DNA from: a virus
Virus record (IMG/VR): IMGVR_UViG_3300047494_000053
Coordinates: 1 to 56,481 of that record
DNA length: 56,481 nt
Reading direction: 5' to 3' (one strand)
The translations under genes and the position numbers were made by a program. The notes beneath the pieces were generated by a model, which saw only the letters and a list, made by a program, of their open reading frames with translations, made no database searches and was not told where the DNA came from. Of this stretch, positions 28,119 through 35,970 are shown piece by piece; within the stretch, counting starts at the first letter, position 1, and each line of letters starts with the position of its first letter.

Positions 28119-28627
28119 TCGGCACCGCCTTCTCGGTGCAGCGGCTTCACACCCCCGCGCTCGCGCGCTGCTGCCAAGACGGGGCCAATCAACGACACGT
28201 CACGGAGCACGGTTTTCGGTTCATCCGGCTCGGCCCTGCGCGCGCCCAGGCCGGCATTTGCGAGCAGCTCCTCAATCCGGCGAATTTCATCGGCATCTGG
28301 CCGGTGGTGTTCGACGGGCGCTGGCGCCGGCAGGGCGTTGCCGTTGATCGGCCTGGCGTCATTCACGGCCTTGCGCAGAATCGGCGCGATTTTGTCCCAT
28401 GACGGGCACGGTCCATGGCGCTCGGCTTCGGCGACGGCCCTGGCTGTCTCGGCCGTGAACGCCGAATCCGCGAAGGTCTCCAGGTGTGGCCGCAGGGCTT
28501 CCATGGGTTTCTTCAACGCCATGGGCATCGCCGGCGATAGCAGCGTGGTCAGCGTGATAACCCACTGGTCCCGGATATTGCCGCGCGGCCTGCCGGCAGC
28601 CGGATCCTGGATCGCCGGCGTGTTCAT
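28115..28627 (-). CDS. Hypothetical protein, 170 aa
   Basis: ORF track. 4-nt overlaps with both neighbours. Confidence 0.55.
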   Translation of the reverse strand: MNTPAIQDPAAGRPRGNIRDQWVITLTTLLSPAMPMALKKPMEALRPHLETFADSAFTAETARAVAEAERHGPCPSWDKIAPILRKAVNDARPINGNALPAPAPVEHHRPDADEIRRIEELLANAGLGARRAEPDEPKTVLRDVSLIGPVLAAARERGGVKPLHREGGAE

Positions 28628-29532
28628 TGCAGCGCCCCCGTGTCAGCAGCCCAATCCCGGAGCTGGTCGTATTGATCGTCGATGCGGCCCTGCATGCCGG
28701 TGGCGGCGCGGTTCTGGAGCGCAGCCGTGATCCAAGCCGCCGGATCGACGGGGCGCAGGTCGGCGGCTTGGCGCAGCGTGGCCAGCACCCGCGGGCAATC
28801 GTCCCGGCCGTCGCGCAGGAAACGGCCCAGGATTGATCGACTGGCGGGCTCGGATTTGCCCAAAAGCTGGCGGACGAGCGGCAATCCGTAAGCCCAAAGT
28901 TCGGCCCTGGCGTCTACGGCGGGCGGCGTCGGCGCGACAGTCCGCAGGACTGAATCTTCTACCCTGTGATTGTGATTGTAACGCGTGCGCGCGTGTGTCT
29001 GCTCTAGGTTGTGCTCTTGCTGACCTAAAGTTGGTGCATCTGATGGTGCAAATAGGTCTGCATCTGCACCGACATGTGCTTGAGCATTTGTTGCAGCAAT
29101 TGGAATTGCATTTGCAGCCTCGTTGCCGCCAGTGCCGGGTGGCTTTTGCGGACCTCGTGCTGGCGGTTTGCCGCCGCCATCGCCACCTTCGCCACCGCCG
29201 CCGCGGCGCTTCTTTTTGGCAGCATCCGAGCGCGTGGCGCTGAGACCAAGCCGTTTTTCGCGCTCCTGGTCGATCCGCTTTTGATGCAGCAGGCCGTCCT
29301 CGCCGACGGTGAAATACCGCTGCAAAGCCGGCCACACGCCGCCAGACCAGACCTTCGGGTCATAAACGCCGGCTACGTTGGCGAGCTGTCCATGGTCCTG
29401 CGGCAGCGGCCCCTGGCGCCAGTATTCGAACAGGAGAAGCAGATACGCGCCGTGCTGGAGCGTGTTGAGGCGCATGGTGTCCCCCAGATAATCGCCGATA
29501 TACACCGGCATCCAAAGGTCAAGGCGGCTCAT
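28624..29532 (-). CDS. DUF1376 (YdaU-like) replication-associated protein, 302 aa
   Basis: WMPVYIGDYLGDTMRLNTLQHGAYLLLLFEYWRQGPLPQD is the DUF1376 signature. Confidence 0.7.
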   Translation of the reverse strand: MSRLDLWMPVYIGDYLGDTMRLNTLQHGAYLLLLFEYWRQGPLPQDHGQLANVAGVYDPKVWSGGVWPALQRYFTVGEDGLLHQKRIDQEREKRLGLSATRSDAAKKKRRGGGGEGGDGGGKPPARGPQKPPGTGGNEAANAIPIAATNAQAHVGADADLFAPSDAPTLGQQEHNLEQTHARTRYNHNHRVEDSVLRTVAPTPPAVDARAELWAYGLPLVRQLLGKSEPASRSILGRFLRDGRDDCPRVLATLRQAADLRPVDPAAWITAALQNRAATGMQGRIDDQYDQLRDWAADTGALQ

Positions 29533-29693
29533 GCGGCGATGCTTTCAGCTCGGCAGATCAAAAGGGTTTGATATTCGATTTCGGTACGCTCGGCGCAGGT
29601 GCCGCATGCATCGCGGCGCGGCTTGCCGCTCACGTGTAGCCAGATGAAGCCATCGCCGCGGCATTGCGTGCATGGAAGTATTTCCGGGGTCAT
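29529..29693 (-). CDS. Small CxxC...CxxC zinc-ribbon protein, 54 aa
   Basis: MTPEILPCTQCRGDGFIWLHVSGKPRRDACGTCAER... with ATGA overlap to the downstream start. Below the ORF-track cutoff. Confidence 0.45.
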   Translation of the reverse strand: MTPEILPCTQCRGDGFIWLHVSGKPRRDACGTCAERTEIEYQTLLICRAESIAA

Positions 29694-30203
29694 CTAACCG
29701 TCCCGGTCGATCGCGCGCTGCGCCAGGCGTATGCGCTTAGTGGTTGCGACGGCATAATTCCAGAGCACCAGCGCATCGCCGGCGTTATGGTCCCTCGTGC
29801 GGTAGCCCATGACGCCGCACCACGCGAGAACGTAGTCCTTGGCGGTGCCTTTCGGGAAACGATATTGCCCGAGCACCAGTTTGCGGGCGGTGCCGGCATC
29901 TTGCGCGAGCCGCTTTACGCCGTGGCAGTGCCCGACGTGCTGGGTGGCGCACACGAGGCCCATCTGCATGAGCGCCGTCGTATCCGGGTTTTGGCGATGC
30001 AGGCTGAGGTCGCATTCGTAGACGATGAGGCTGGGCTTAAAGAACGAGACGTGGTTGGTGAGCGCGGCATAGAAGCTGTCGATCAGCGCACCGCAATCGC
30101 CGTTCTCGATCTTCGCCAGCTCCCATACGCCGAACGTCGGCGCGCCGTTAGGCCCCCCGACTGCCCAGCCGCAATGCGAACTCAAATCGAGCGCGAGTAT
30201 CAT
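29694..30203 (-). CDS. RuvC-like Holliday junction resolvase, 169 aa
   Basis: N-terminus MILALDLSSHCGWAV (catalytic Asp) and C-terminus DHNAGDALVLW fit the phage RuvC-family pattern. Confidence 0.75.
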   Translation of the reverse strand: MILALDLSSHCGWAVGGPNGAPTFGVWELAKIENGDCGALIDSFYAALTNHVSFFKPSLIVYECDLSLHRQNPDTTALMQMGLVCATQHVGHCHGVKRLAQDAGTARKLVLGQYRFPKGTAKDYVLAWCGVMGYRTRDHNAGDALVLWNYAVATTKRIRLAQRAIDRDG

Positions 30204-30805
30204 TACGCGGGTGCTTGTTCCGGCGGTGCCGCTGGGTTGCCGCGCGGTTTACGGCCGGCAGGGCGCGTGACGGTGGCAGCGTCGCCGCTATTTTCCTTCG
30301 ACCGCTTGTAGAATTCGTTCCCGCGCTTCCATCCTTTGTGCCAGGCGACGTGCACGGCGAGGCCGCCCTGGTGCGGGTTTTCGTCCATCGAATCGCCGGC
30401 TACGCCGCGGTAATAGCCGGTCTGCTCGGCGTCGATGCACGCGCCTTCCTCGGCCCCCTCGGGCGTTTGCTCCTCGGCGGCGTCGTCCTTGAACATATCG
30501 GTCTGCGTGAACATCGGCATGTTCATGAATTTGCCGTATCGCGCGGTGTGCTTCAGCATGAGCATGGCTTCATCGCCGTCCATTTCGCGGACTTTGATGA
30601 GCAGCGCGAGCGACTCCTTGTTGACACCCAGGTCCTTAATGATGCGCTTGTGCTCGTTCCGAACGAGCGCATCACGCTCCTTGGCCTCGGCGCGCGCTTC
30701 CCTGGCGTCGAGCCGCAGCTTCATCAGCCCGGCGAAAGCGCCGCGGAATGTGGCGCCGGTCAGATTTGTCGCGCCGGCGGCGCTCTGTGACAGTTTTTCA
30801 ACCAT
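30203..30805 (-). CDS. Hypothetical protein, 200 aa (coiled-coil N-terminus; Rmf/CrpP-like GY..G..G...W..GW..G segment)
   Basis: ORF track. GYYRGVAGDSMDENPHQGGLAVHVAWHKGWKRG loosely resembles the Rmf/CrpP motif. Confidence 0.5.
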   Translation of the reverse strand: MVEKLSQSAAGATNLTGATFRGAFAGLMKLRLDAREARAEAKERDALVRNEHKRIIKDLGVNKESLALLIKVREMDGDEAMLMLKHTARYGKFMNMPMFTQTDMFKDDAAEEQTPEGAEEGACIDAEQTGYYRGVAGDSMDENPHQGGLAVHVAWHKGWKRGNEFYKRSKENSGDAATVTRPAGRKPRGNPAAPPEQAPA

Positions 30806-30810
30806 GAAGA

Positions 30811-30852
30811 CCCCCCAAAAAAGGAAGGCCTCGCGCCGTGAAGCGCGAGGCC
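30811..30852 (-). terminator. Strong rho-independent terminator (minus strand)
   Basis: Perfect 10-bp GC stem (GGCCTCGCGC 30827-30836 with GCGCGAGGCC 30843-30852) and a 6-nt loop. On the minus strand it is followed by TTCCTTTTTTGGGGGG. The T-tract ends 5 nt before ATG 30805. Confidence 0.8.
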
Positions 30853-30865
30853 AGATTATGCCGCG

Positions 30866-31444
30866 CTAGACGGGCGTGCTCGGCACGGCCGGCGCGCCGG
30901 TCCATGCGCCAACGGCGCTTGCGGGATCGATAGACTCGGTTTCGCCGCTGCCCGAGATCAGGAAATCGAACTCGAGCGTGGCGCCATCCGGCAGCGTGGC
31001 CGTGACGGTGACAGCATCATTGGTTTCCGGCTGCGTATCGACGGGATAGACGCCGAACGTGAACTGGTTTCCGTTAATGCCGGTTAGGCTGGTGCCGGCG
31101 ACGAGCGCCACGAGCGCGGCGTTGCCGGCTGTAACCGATAGGGAGGGCAGCGCGGTGCCATTGCTGACGTCGATGACGCCGAGATAGCGCGTGGCCGCTG
31201 CCGGATTAGTGGCATTGGTTAGCGTGATGGGGGATTGAGAACCGGACATGGTAACGATAGCTCCTGTTTGGGCGTTGAAGACGATGCCCGCCGCCAGCCT
31301 CATGCCGTGCGGCGGGTCCAGCCGGTCGGCAATGCGCCTGACCGTGCCAGCTATGTAACCGTCCGTGCCGATCAGCGAGCCGCAGCGGCGCGCTATGGTC
31401 AGCAACAATTCACGGTCTGATTTGAATTCGAGGTCGTCGGTCAT
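30866..31444 (-). CDS. Hypothetical beta-rich (Ig-like?) protein, 192 aa
   Basis: Start moved to ATG 31444 (MTDDLEFK), giving an ATGA overlap with the methyltransferase stop. Thr/Ala/Gly-rich beta-strand pattern. Confidence 0.55.
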   Translation of the reverse strand: MTDDLEFKSDRELLLTIARRCGSLIGTDGYIAGTVRRIADRLDPPHGMRLAAGIVFNAQTGAIVTMSGSQSPITLTNATNPAAATRYLGVIDVSNGTALPSLSVTAGNAALVALVAGTSLTGINGNQFTFGVYPVDTQPETNDAVTVTATLPDGATLEFDFLISGSGETESIDPASAVGAWTGAPAVPSTPV

Positions 31445-31983
31445 ACGTGGCCAAGCTCCGCTTTGCCGTTGAACCCGTGCTGCCAGACGAACCACGCGTA
31501 CGCGATGGTGCCGCCGGTGGCTTTGACGTCTGTTCCACCCGGCGGCATCGCCATACGGCGGCTGGATACCCAAACGCGTGCGAGAGGCGTGGCTCCCCAA
31601 AACGCGCGCCGGCCTTGGCCCTCGAGCAGCGCCAGGCGGCCGAGAATGATGACGCGGTCGCTGGCCAGGGTTAGCGCGTGGCGAACCCATTCCTCCATGA
31701 TGCGATATGGCGGATTGCTGATGATGACCTCGGCCATGGTGTTGCCTTCGCCATCCCATTTGAAAAAGTCGGTTTGCTGGCCGAAGCCGCGATCGACGAT
31801 GTCACTGGCGAAGCATTCGACGCCGCGGGCGCGCAGCACGCGCGGGATATTGCCGCCGCCGCATGCCGGGTCCCAGCACGTTACGGTGCTGTCGAGGCCT
31901 TCGGCGCTGGCGATCGCTTCCACCGTCCACGCCGGTTCGAGATACCAATCGTCCTGTGCACGGTCATACCCGCTCGCGCGCAT
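31441..31983 (-). CDS. N6-adenine DNA methyltransferase (small, orphan-type), 180 aa
   Basis: Motif I is WDPACGGGNI and motif IV is IISNPPY. Confidence 0.8.
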   Translation of the reverse strand: MRASGYDRAQDDWYLEPAWTVEAIASAEGLDSTVTCWDPACGGGNIPRVLRARGVECFASDIVDRGFGQQTDFFKWDGEGNTMAEVIISNPPYRIMEEWVRHALTLASDRVIILGRLALLEGQGRRAFWGATPLARVWVSSRRMAMPPGGTDVKATGGTIAYAWFVWQHGFNGKAELGHV

Positions 31984-31986
31984 GGC

Positions 31987-32172
31987 CTATCTCCCGTGCG
32001 CTGCGACGGCGATGCCGGCGGTGGTGAGGAACAGCCAATGCCGGAACGACGGCAGGAATCGACGCTCTGGCCACACGGTGCGCGGGCGCTGCAATTCCGC
32101 CTCGGCATCATCGATCGGGATGGCGTTTTGCGCGAGGGCGAGCCCGACGAGGTATTCGCGCGGAATGCTCAT
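31987..32172 (-). CDS. Hypothetical protein, 61 aa
   Basis: ATG 32172 forms an ATGA overlap with the HNH stop. Hydrophobic C-terminus. Confidence 0.4.
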   Translation of the reverse strand: MSIPREYLVGLALAQNAIPIDDAEAELQRPRTVWPERRFLPSFRHWLFLTTAGIAVAAHGR

Positions 32173-32636
32173 GGGGCGGCTACCCCGTTGCGTAGCCGTT
32201 TCGCACGTCGCCGCATTGGGTGACCGTCGCCCTTCGGATAATGGCCGGCGGAATGGCGATCGAGCATATTGTCGCCGTGCGATCCGGCGCGCAGATGGGC
32301 CGGGTTTACGCAACCCGGATTGTTGCAGGAATGCAGGACCAAATGCCCCGTTAAGGACCCGCCTGCCAGCCGGAACGAGACACGATGGGCCCGCTCGGTC
32401 GGTTTGTCAGTCCTGAAGACGCCGTAACCATTCTTGTCGACAGCGCCGGTCCACTGCCAGCACTCGCCATCGGGGCGCTTTTCGACGTGGCGCCAGAACC
32501 GCTCGGCCACCGTGCCATGCAACCGCGGACTAGCCACCAAATGCGTGCCCAGCCGCCACGTCCGCTGATAATGCAGATTGCACATCGCTCGGCAGCGGGC
32601 CGGCTGGCCGCAGCCGGGGATCGAGCACGGGGTCAT
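32169..32636 (-). CDS. HNH endonuclease (HNH_3 type), 155 aa
   Basis: AHRVSFRLAGGSLTGHLVLHSCNNPGCVNPAHLRAGSHGDNMLD. Start moved to ATG 32636 (ATGA overlap). Confidence 0.8.
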   Translation of the reverse strand: MTPCSIPGCGQPARCRAMCNLHYQRTWRLGTHLVASPRLHGTVAERFWRHVEKRPDGECWQWTGAVDKNGYGVFRTDKPTERAHRVSFRLAGGSLTGHLVLHSCNNPGCVNPAHLRAGSHGDNMLDRHSAGHYPKGDGHPMRRRAKRLRNGVAAP

Positions 32637-33484
32637 TTGCCGTGACCGGTAAAAACGATGCGCTCGGCATCGAAGGATGGCGCCCAGCAAAGGCCGCAAG
32701 TACCGCAGGTGGCGGTTTTTTCCATGCTCTGCGGGCACATCGTGCCCTCTGGCTGCGCGGGGCCATCGGGCTGCCGCCAAATGGTGGTGACCTGCATCGG
32801 CGCAATCCGAGTATCGCCCGCGACCGAGCACCGCATGCGCCAGCGCGCGGGATATTCGGCGGCCAGGTCCTGGAGAGCGTCGCCGATTTCAGTGCCTGGC
32901 AGTCGGGCCGTGTAGCCCCACACATGCAGCGCAGGGAAACCCGCCATGAAGAAGCGCCATGCCCGTACATAATCGGGCGCATAAAAATCGCCGAGAATAT
33001 GCAAACGGACGGCAAAGCCGCGCGGGTAAGCGGCCTGAAACGCGCCCAGCTCGCGCCGTAGCCGGTCGATCAGCTCGGGGCCCGGCTTGATGCGCCGGGG
33101 CAGATGCATGGCGTTGCCGTAACACTGCCGCCAGACGTCGCATGTCCGCGGGCAGGTGGCGCGCTCCTCCAGCGTGAGCGTGAAGATGGGCATGCCGGCC
33201 CACGCGCCCTTCTCGACCTTTTTGCCGATCTTGGCGTTATTGATTCCGGAAATGAGGATGCGCTTCAGGCCGGGCGCGTCTGCCGCCACAACGCGGGTGC
33301 GGAATATCGAATAACCTTCGACGACGGCGGGGTTATCCGCACGCAAGCTGGCGCGGTCCTTGTCGCCGTGGTGGCCGGTGCCCTTGAACCGGGTTCGCGA
33401 ACCGCCGTGCTCCCGCCGGTTGCTGCCGACGCGCGGGTTGACGGCGTTCGGGCCGGTGCGCGGGACACTGAAATCCCGGCTCAT
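32633..33484 (-). CDS. Cys-rich hypothetical protein (possibly GP88-like), 283 aa
   Basis: INNAKIGKKV...FTLTLEERATCPRTCDVWRQCYGNAM and C-terminal CPQS...CGTCGLCW. The family call is tentative. Start at ATG 33484 (ATGA overlap). Confidence 0.5.
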   Translation of the reverse strand: MSRDFSVPRTGPNAVNPRVGSNRREHGGSRTRFKGTGHHGDKDRASLRADNPAVVEGYSIFRTRVVAADAPGLKRILISGINNAKIGKKVEKGAWAGMPIFTLTLEERATCPRTCDVWRQCYGNAMHLPRRIKPGPELIDRLRRELGAFQAAYPRGFAVRLHILGDFYAPDYVRAWRFFMAGFPALHVWGYTARLPGTEIGDALQDLAAEYPARWRMRCSVAGDTRIAPMQVTTIWRQPDGPAQPEGTMCPQSMEKTATCGTCGLCWAPSFDAERIVFTGHGK

Positions 33485-33711
33485 GGCGCCGCGCCCGCGC
33501 GGCCGCCCGCCGTCCAAACCGCGCGCATCCGCACCCAGCGGGCGGCCTCATCGACCACGGCCGCCCAAAGCGAGTGCGAAAGTGGCGGCTTGGTCACAGC
33601 ATGATAGGAGCAGAACTGCGTCTCGCCGGGCGCGATCGGATTGCTGCAGAAGAACCCGCAGTCAGTCCGCGAATTGCGCGATTTCAGCCATGTGCAGCCA
33701 TGTATTAACAT
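33481..33711 (-). CDS. Small Cys/His-rich protein, 76 aa (first gene of the leftward arm)
   Basis: ORF 33481..33801. ATG 33711 is preferred because the low-GC sequence upstream looks like leader or promoter. Confidence 0.45.
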   Translation of the reverse strand: MLIHGCTWLKSRNSRTDCGFFCSNPIAPGETQFCSYHAVTKPPLSHSLWAAVVDEAARWVRMRAVWTAGGRAGAAP

Positions 33712-33976
33712 CGAACACACACTTTCGAGGCGGTGGGACAGCGCGAACGTCACAAAACACACGGCGAATTTTACTTTTTTGAACACTGTTTCTGGTTGCA
33801 TTCGCAGAAACGGGCCGTTAGGCGTTCCGGCGAAATGAGAAAGCCTTTGAATACCAAGCGAAGTTTCCGAGCCCGCCTGCTTGCACGCGGTGCGTGCATT
33901 GCCGGTCTCTTGGCCGCGCGGCGCCGTGCTAGGCCGGCGCCTGAATCAATTTCGAGAAATGCTGCGGGTGCGGTCA

Positions 33977-34072
33977 TCACCGTGAACACCACGCGAACGC
34001 GGCGAGGATCGGGCACCAGACGGCGACCTCAAGGGCCAGCACAGCGGCTGCCAGGCGCGCCGCGCGGGCCAT
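33977..34072 (-). CDS. Possible 31-aa hydrophobic micro-ORF
   Basis: MARAARLAAAVLALEVAVWCPILAAFAWCSR. GC3 is about 84%. AAGGCGG lies 7 nt upstream of the ATG. Speculative. Confidence 0.2.
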   Translation of the reverse strand: MARAARLAAAVLALEVAVWCPILAAFAWCSR

Positions 34073-34137
34073 CACGTTGCCGCCTTGACAGGGCCGGCGC
34101 GCCGTGACGCCGTCGCACGTTTCAAATGGAGAAGAAA

Positions 34138-34548
34138 ATGCGGTTCTCGACGCTCTTGGCGATCGCCATCGTCGCGATTGTGGCCGTGGAGCTGGCCGAG
34201 AAGATGCCGGCGCCGGCCACAGATTCCGGCCCCTCGCCGGGCGATGCATGCCCGTTGGAAGGAACGGACAGAGCCCACTGCGCGGACGAGATCGCGCACA
34301 CCGTCGGCGCCATGACCGGATACGAACTGCAATGCGCCGGACCGAGCCCTCGGGTCGGCAGGTTTTCCGACAAGGTCGACATGCTCCTTGCAAAGTGGAG
34401 CCTGACCGACAAGCAGCGGGTGGCTGCGCAGGCGTCCTACAAATCGACCATGCAGCTCGTCGAAATGCTGCCTCGGCGCGATGCCAGCGAGTGCTCGACT
34501 GCGATGGCGACGTTCGACAGCCTGGCGAACAGGCTGGGTGCAGACTGA
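34138..34548 (+). CDS. Membrane-anchored or secreted Cys-containing protein, 136 aa (immunity-region moron)
   Basis: MRFSTLLAIAIVAIVAVELA signal/TM segment. GGAGAAG RBS before ATG 34138 (ORF track starts at ATG 34126). TTGACA at 34085-34090. Confidence 0.6.
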   Translation: MRFSTLLAIAIVAIVAVELAEKMPAPATDSGPSPGDACPLEGTDRAHCADEIAHTVGAMTGYELQCAGPSPRVGRFSDKVDMLLAKWSLTDKQRVAAQASYKSTMQLVEMLPRRDASECSTAMATFDSLANRLGAD

Positions 34549-34553
34549 AGCCA

Positions 34554-34775
34554 TTACGCAGCTTGCGACGCGCCGCCCGCGTCCTTTTTGGCCTTCTCCT
34601 CGTCGAGGAAAGCCTTTGCTTTCTCGAGGGTGGCAAGCGTCATGTTCTCGGCGCGGCGCAGACGGCCGACGAATTTTCCGTCGTTCACGGCCATCTTGCC
34701 GAAGGTCGTTTCAGCGATGCCGCGCTCGGGGAGGAATGCCTCGATCTCGCCCAACAGGTCGGTTTGAATGCTCAT
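34554..34775 (-). CDS. Small regulator-like protein, 73 aa (divergent from the XRE gene)
   Basis: MSIQTDLLGEIEAFLPERGIAETTFGKMAVNDGKFVGRLRRAENMTLATLEKAKAFL resembles small prophage HTH-like regulators. ATG 34775 chosen. Confidence 0.55.
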   Translation of the reverse strand: MSIQTDLLGEIEAFLPERGIAETTFGKMAVNDGKFVGRLRRAENMTLATLEKAKAFLDEEKAKKDAGGASQAA

Positions 34776-34790
34776 GCCTGCCAGGGTTGA

Positions 34791-34804
34791 TGGGATGCAT
34801 CCCA
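34791..34804. promoter_or_regulatory. Operator-like palindrome TGGGATGCATCCCA (core of 18-bp perfect palindrome 34789-34806)
   Basis: Read directly from the sequence. Fits the consensus TGGGA-N4-TCCCA. Confidence 0.6.
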
Positions 34805-34812
34805 TCTGTCAA

Positions 34813-34826
34813 TGGGATATTTCCGC
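34813..34826. promoter_or_regulatory. Degenerate operator-like site TGGGATATTTCCGC
   Basis: Left half-site is perfect; right half matches 3 of 5. Confidence 0.3.
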
Positions 34827-34848
34827 CCTGCACAAAGCGCGCACGGGG

Positions 34849-34862
34849 TGGGATAATTCCCA
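34849..34862. promoter_or_regulatory. Operator-like palindrome TGGGATAATTCCCA, ending 2 nt before the XRE start codon
   Basis: Read directly from the sequence. Confidence 0.55.
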
Positions 34863-34863
34863 A

Positions 34864-35235
34864 ATGGATACCCTGCCCGACAGAGTGCTCGCAGCGCTTG
34901 CGCGTGTCGGGATGAATCCGAAAGAGGCGTCTCTAAAAGCTAAACTCAGCGCCACTTATGCGAGGGACTTGGTCAAATCTAAGTCCAAAAACCCGAGGAT
35001 GGACCACCTTCGGCGCTTCGCAGCGGAATTGGGGATGACTGCAGAGGAGCTTATGTTCGGCCCCAGCTCATCCGAGGCCCGCGCCGCTCGGCTTTTGCGC
35101 GCCTACGACGCCATGACCGGCCGTCAACAGGACCTGCTCGTCTCTTTTGCTGAGATGGTTCTCGCCAAGACAGAGACGGTTGAAGATGCCGGCCGCCCAG
35201 GCCAAGCAGACGGGATCACCACCATTGGGGCCTGA
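34864..35235 (+). CDS. XRE-family (Cro/CI-type) HTH transcriptional regulator, 123 aa
   Basis: LAALARVGMNPKEASLKAKLSATYARDLVKSKSKNPRMDHLRRFAAELGMTAEELM fits the HTH_3 pattern. No S24 peptidase domain. ATG 34864. Confidence 0.75.
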   Translation: MDTLPDRVLAALARVGMNPKEASLKAKLSATYARDLVKSKSKNPRMDHLRRFAAELGMTAEELMFGPSSSEARAARLLRAYDAMTGRQQDLLVSFAEMVLAKTETVEDAGRPGQADGITTIGA

Positions 35236-35378
35236 CAATATTCTGACGATCCCGGCCAACGCAGCCTGGTCCGTATTTGTCGGCGGACTCCCCATTCCGC
35301 CCGGGTAGCTCTTTAGCATAGAGCCCTCCAGTTTCACGTATTGGTGAATCCCTATCCGCCAAAGGAACGAAAGTCTAG

Positions 35379-35392
35379 TGGGATAAGTCCCA
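35379..35392. promoter_or_regulatory. Operator-like palindrome TGGGATAAGTCCCA
   Basis: Read directly from the sequence. Confidence 0.55.
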
Positions 35393-35401
35393 TTTTTCTT
35401 G

Positions 35402-35430
35402 TTGACAGGATGGGATGCGTCCCATCATAA
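35402..35430 (+). promoter_or_regulatory. Candidate rightward early promoter (TTGACA-N17-TCATAA) with an operator in the spacer
   Basis: TTGACA at 35402-35407. The 17-nt spacer contains TGGGATGCGTCCCA. -10-like TCATAA at 35425-35430. Lies 47 nt upstream of ATG 35477. Confidence 0.5.
35411..35424. promoter_or_regulatory. Operator-like palindrome TGGGATGCGTCCCA
   Basis: Read directly from the sequence. Flanks (GA...TC) are the same as at site 34789-34806. Confidence 0.6.
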
Positions 35431-35476
35431 AACCCCAGCCGAGGCAGCCATTCCGGCCGCTGGGGAGTAGCAAGCC

Positions 35477-35803
35477 ATGCCACAGATCAAGAACGCCGCC
35501 GTCGCCGCTTACCGCGCTGGCATCCTAAAAATTGCCGAGACCGCGCCGGAACCGACCCGGGCCCAGCTTTGCGAGCTGGCGCAAGCCGGAGCGCCCCGCG
35601 CGCCGGATAGTCGCCGTAAGGTGGCCGTGCTGGTCGGCTTTTTCCGCCCCCGTTTCCGCGTGCTCGGCGATTGCGCCGGCGTGGCCGGGCTGGAATTCGC
35701 GCTGCTGGCGGCGGCGCTGGCGGTGTTCATCGGCGCCGCGTTCCAGCATCTGGGGCATTTCATCGGCGCGGCCGTCCTCGGCATCCACGGTGCGGGCCTG
35801 TGA
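35477..35803 (+). CDS. Hypothetical protein, 108 aa, with hydrophobic Flp-pilin-like C-terminal segment
   Basis: GGGGAG RBS. C-terminus GVAGLEFALLAAALAVFIGAAF. High GC3. Confidence 0.55.
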   Translation: MPQIKNAAVAAYRAGILKIAETAPEPTRAQLCELAQAGAPRAPDSRRKVAVLVGFFRPRFRVLGDCAGVAGLEFALLAAALAVFIGAAFQHLGHFIGAAVLGIHGAGL

Positions 35804-35970
35804 TCGCCGCCCGCGCGCCGGCGGCGGCCGATTGGATCGACGAAGCCTATGCGGCGTGCCACGCCGAGCACCTTGCCGCCGACGCGCTTCCGCTGGCCGA
35901 GGCGAAAGCTGCGCATGATGCGGCCGACGCCAAATTGAAGGCGGCGCTTGCCGCCGGTGGCGCGCCATGA
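35800..35970 (+). CDS. Hypothetical protein, 56 aa
   Basis: GTG start in a GTGA overlap with the upstream stop. Below the ORF-track cutoff from this start. Confidence 0.4.
   Translation: MIAARAPAAADWIDEAYAACHAEHLAADALPLAEAKAAHDAADAKLKAALAAGGAP

Noticed and set aside
33733-34107. 124-aa plus ORF and 81-aa minus ORF (33771..34016) in the region left of the switch.
   Set aside because: GC3 is only about 60% and the translations are Arg-rich and low-complexity. The region is treated as leader/regulatory sequence with at most a micro-ORF.
34907-34921. An additional operator-like sequence, TCGGGATGAATCCGA, inside the XRE coding region.
   Set aside because: Departs from the TGGGA-N4-TCCCA consensus in both half-sites and lies within coding sequence, so it is probably fortuitous.
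35068-35337. 89-aa minus-strand ORF overlapping the 3' end of the XRE gene.
   Set aside because: Mostly antisense to a well-supported HTH gene. The non-overlapping part is only 34 codons, with no RBS.
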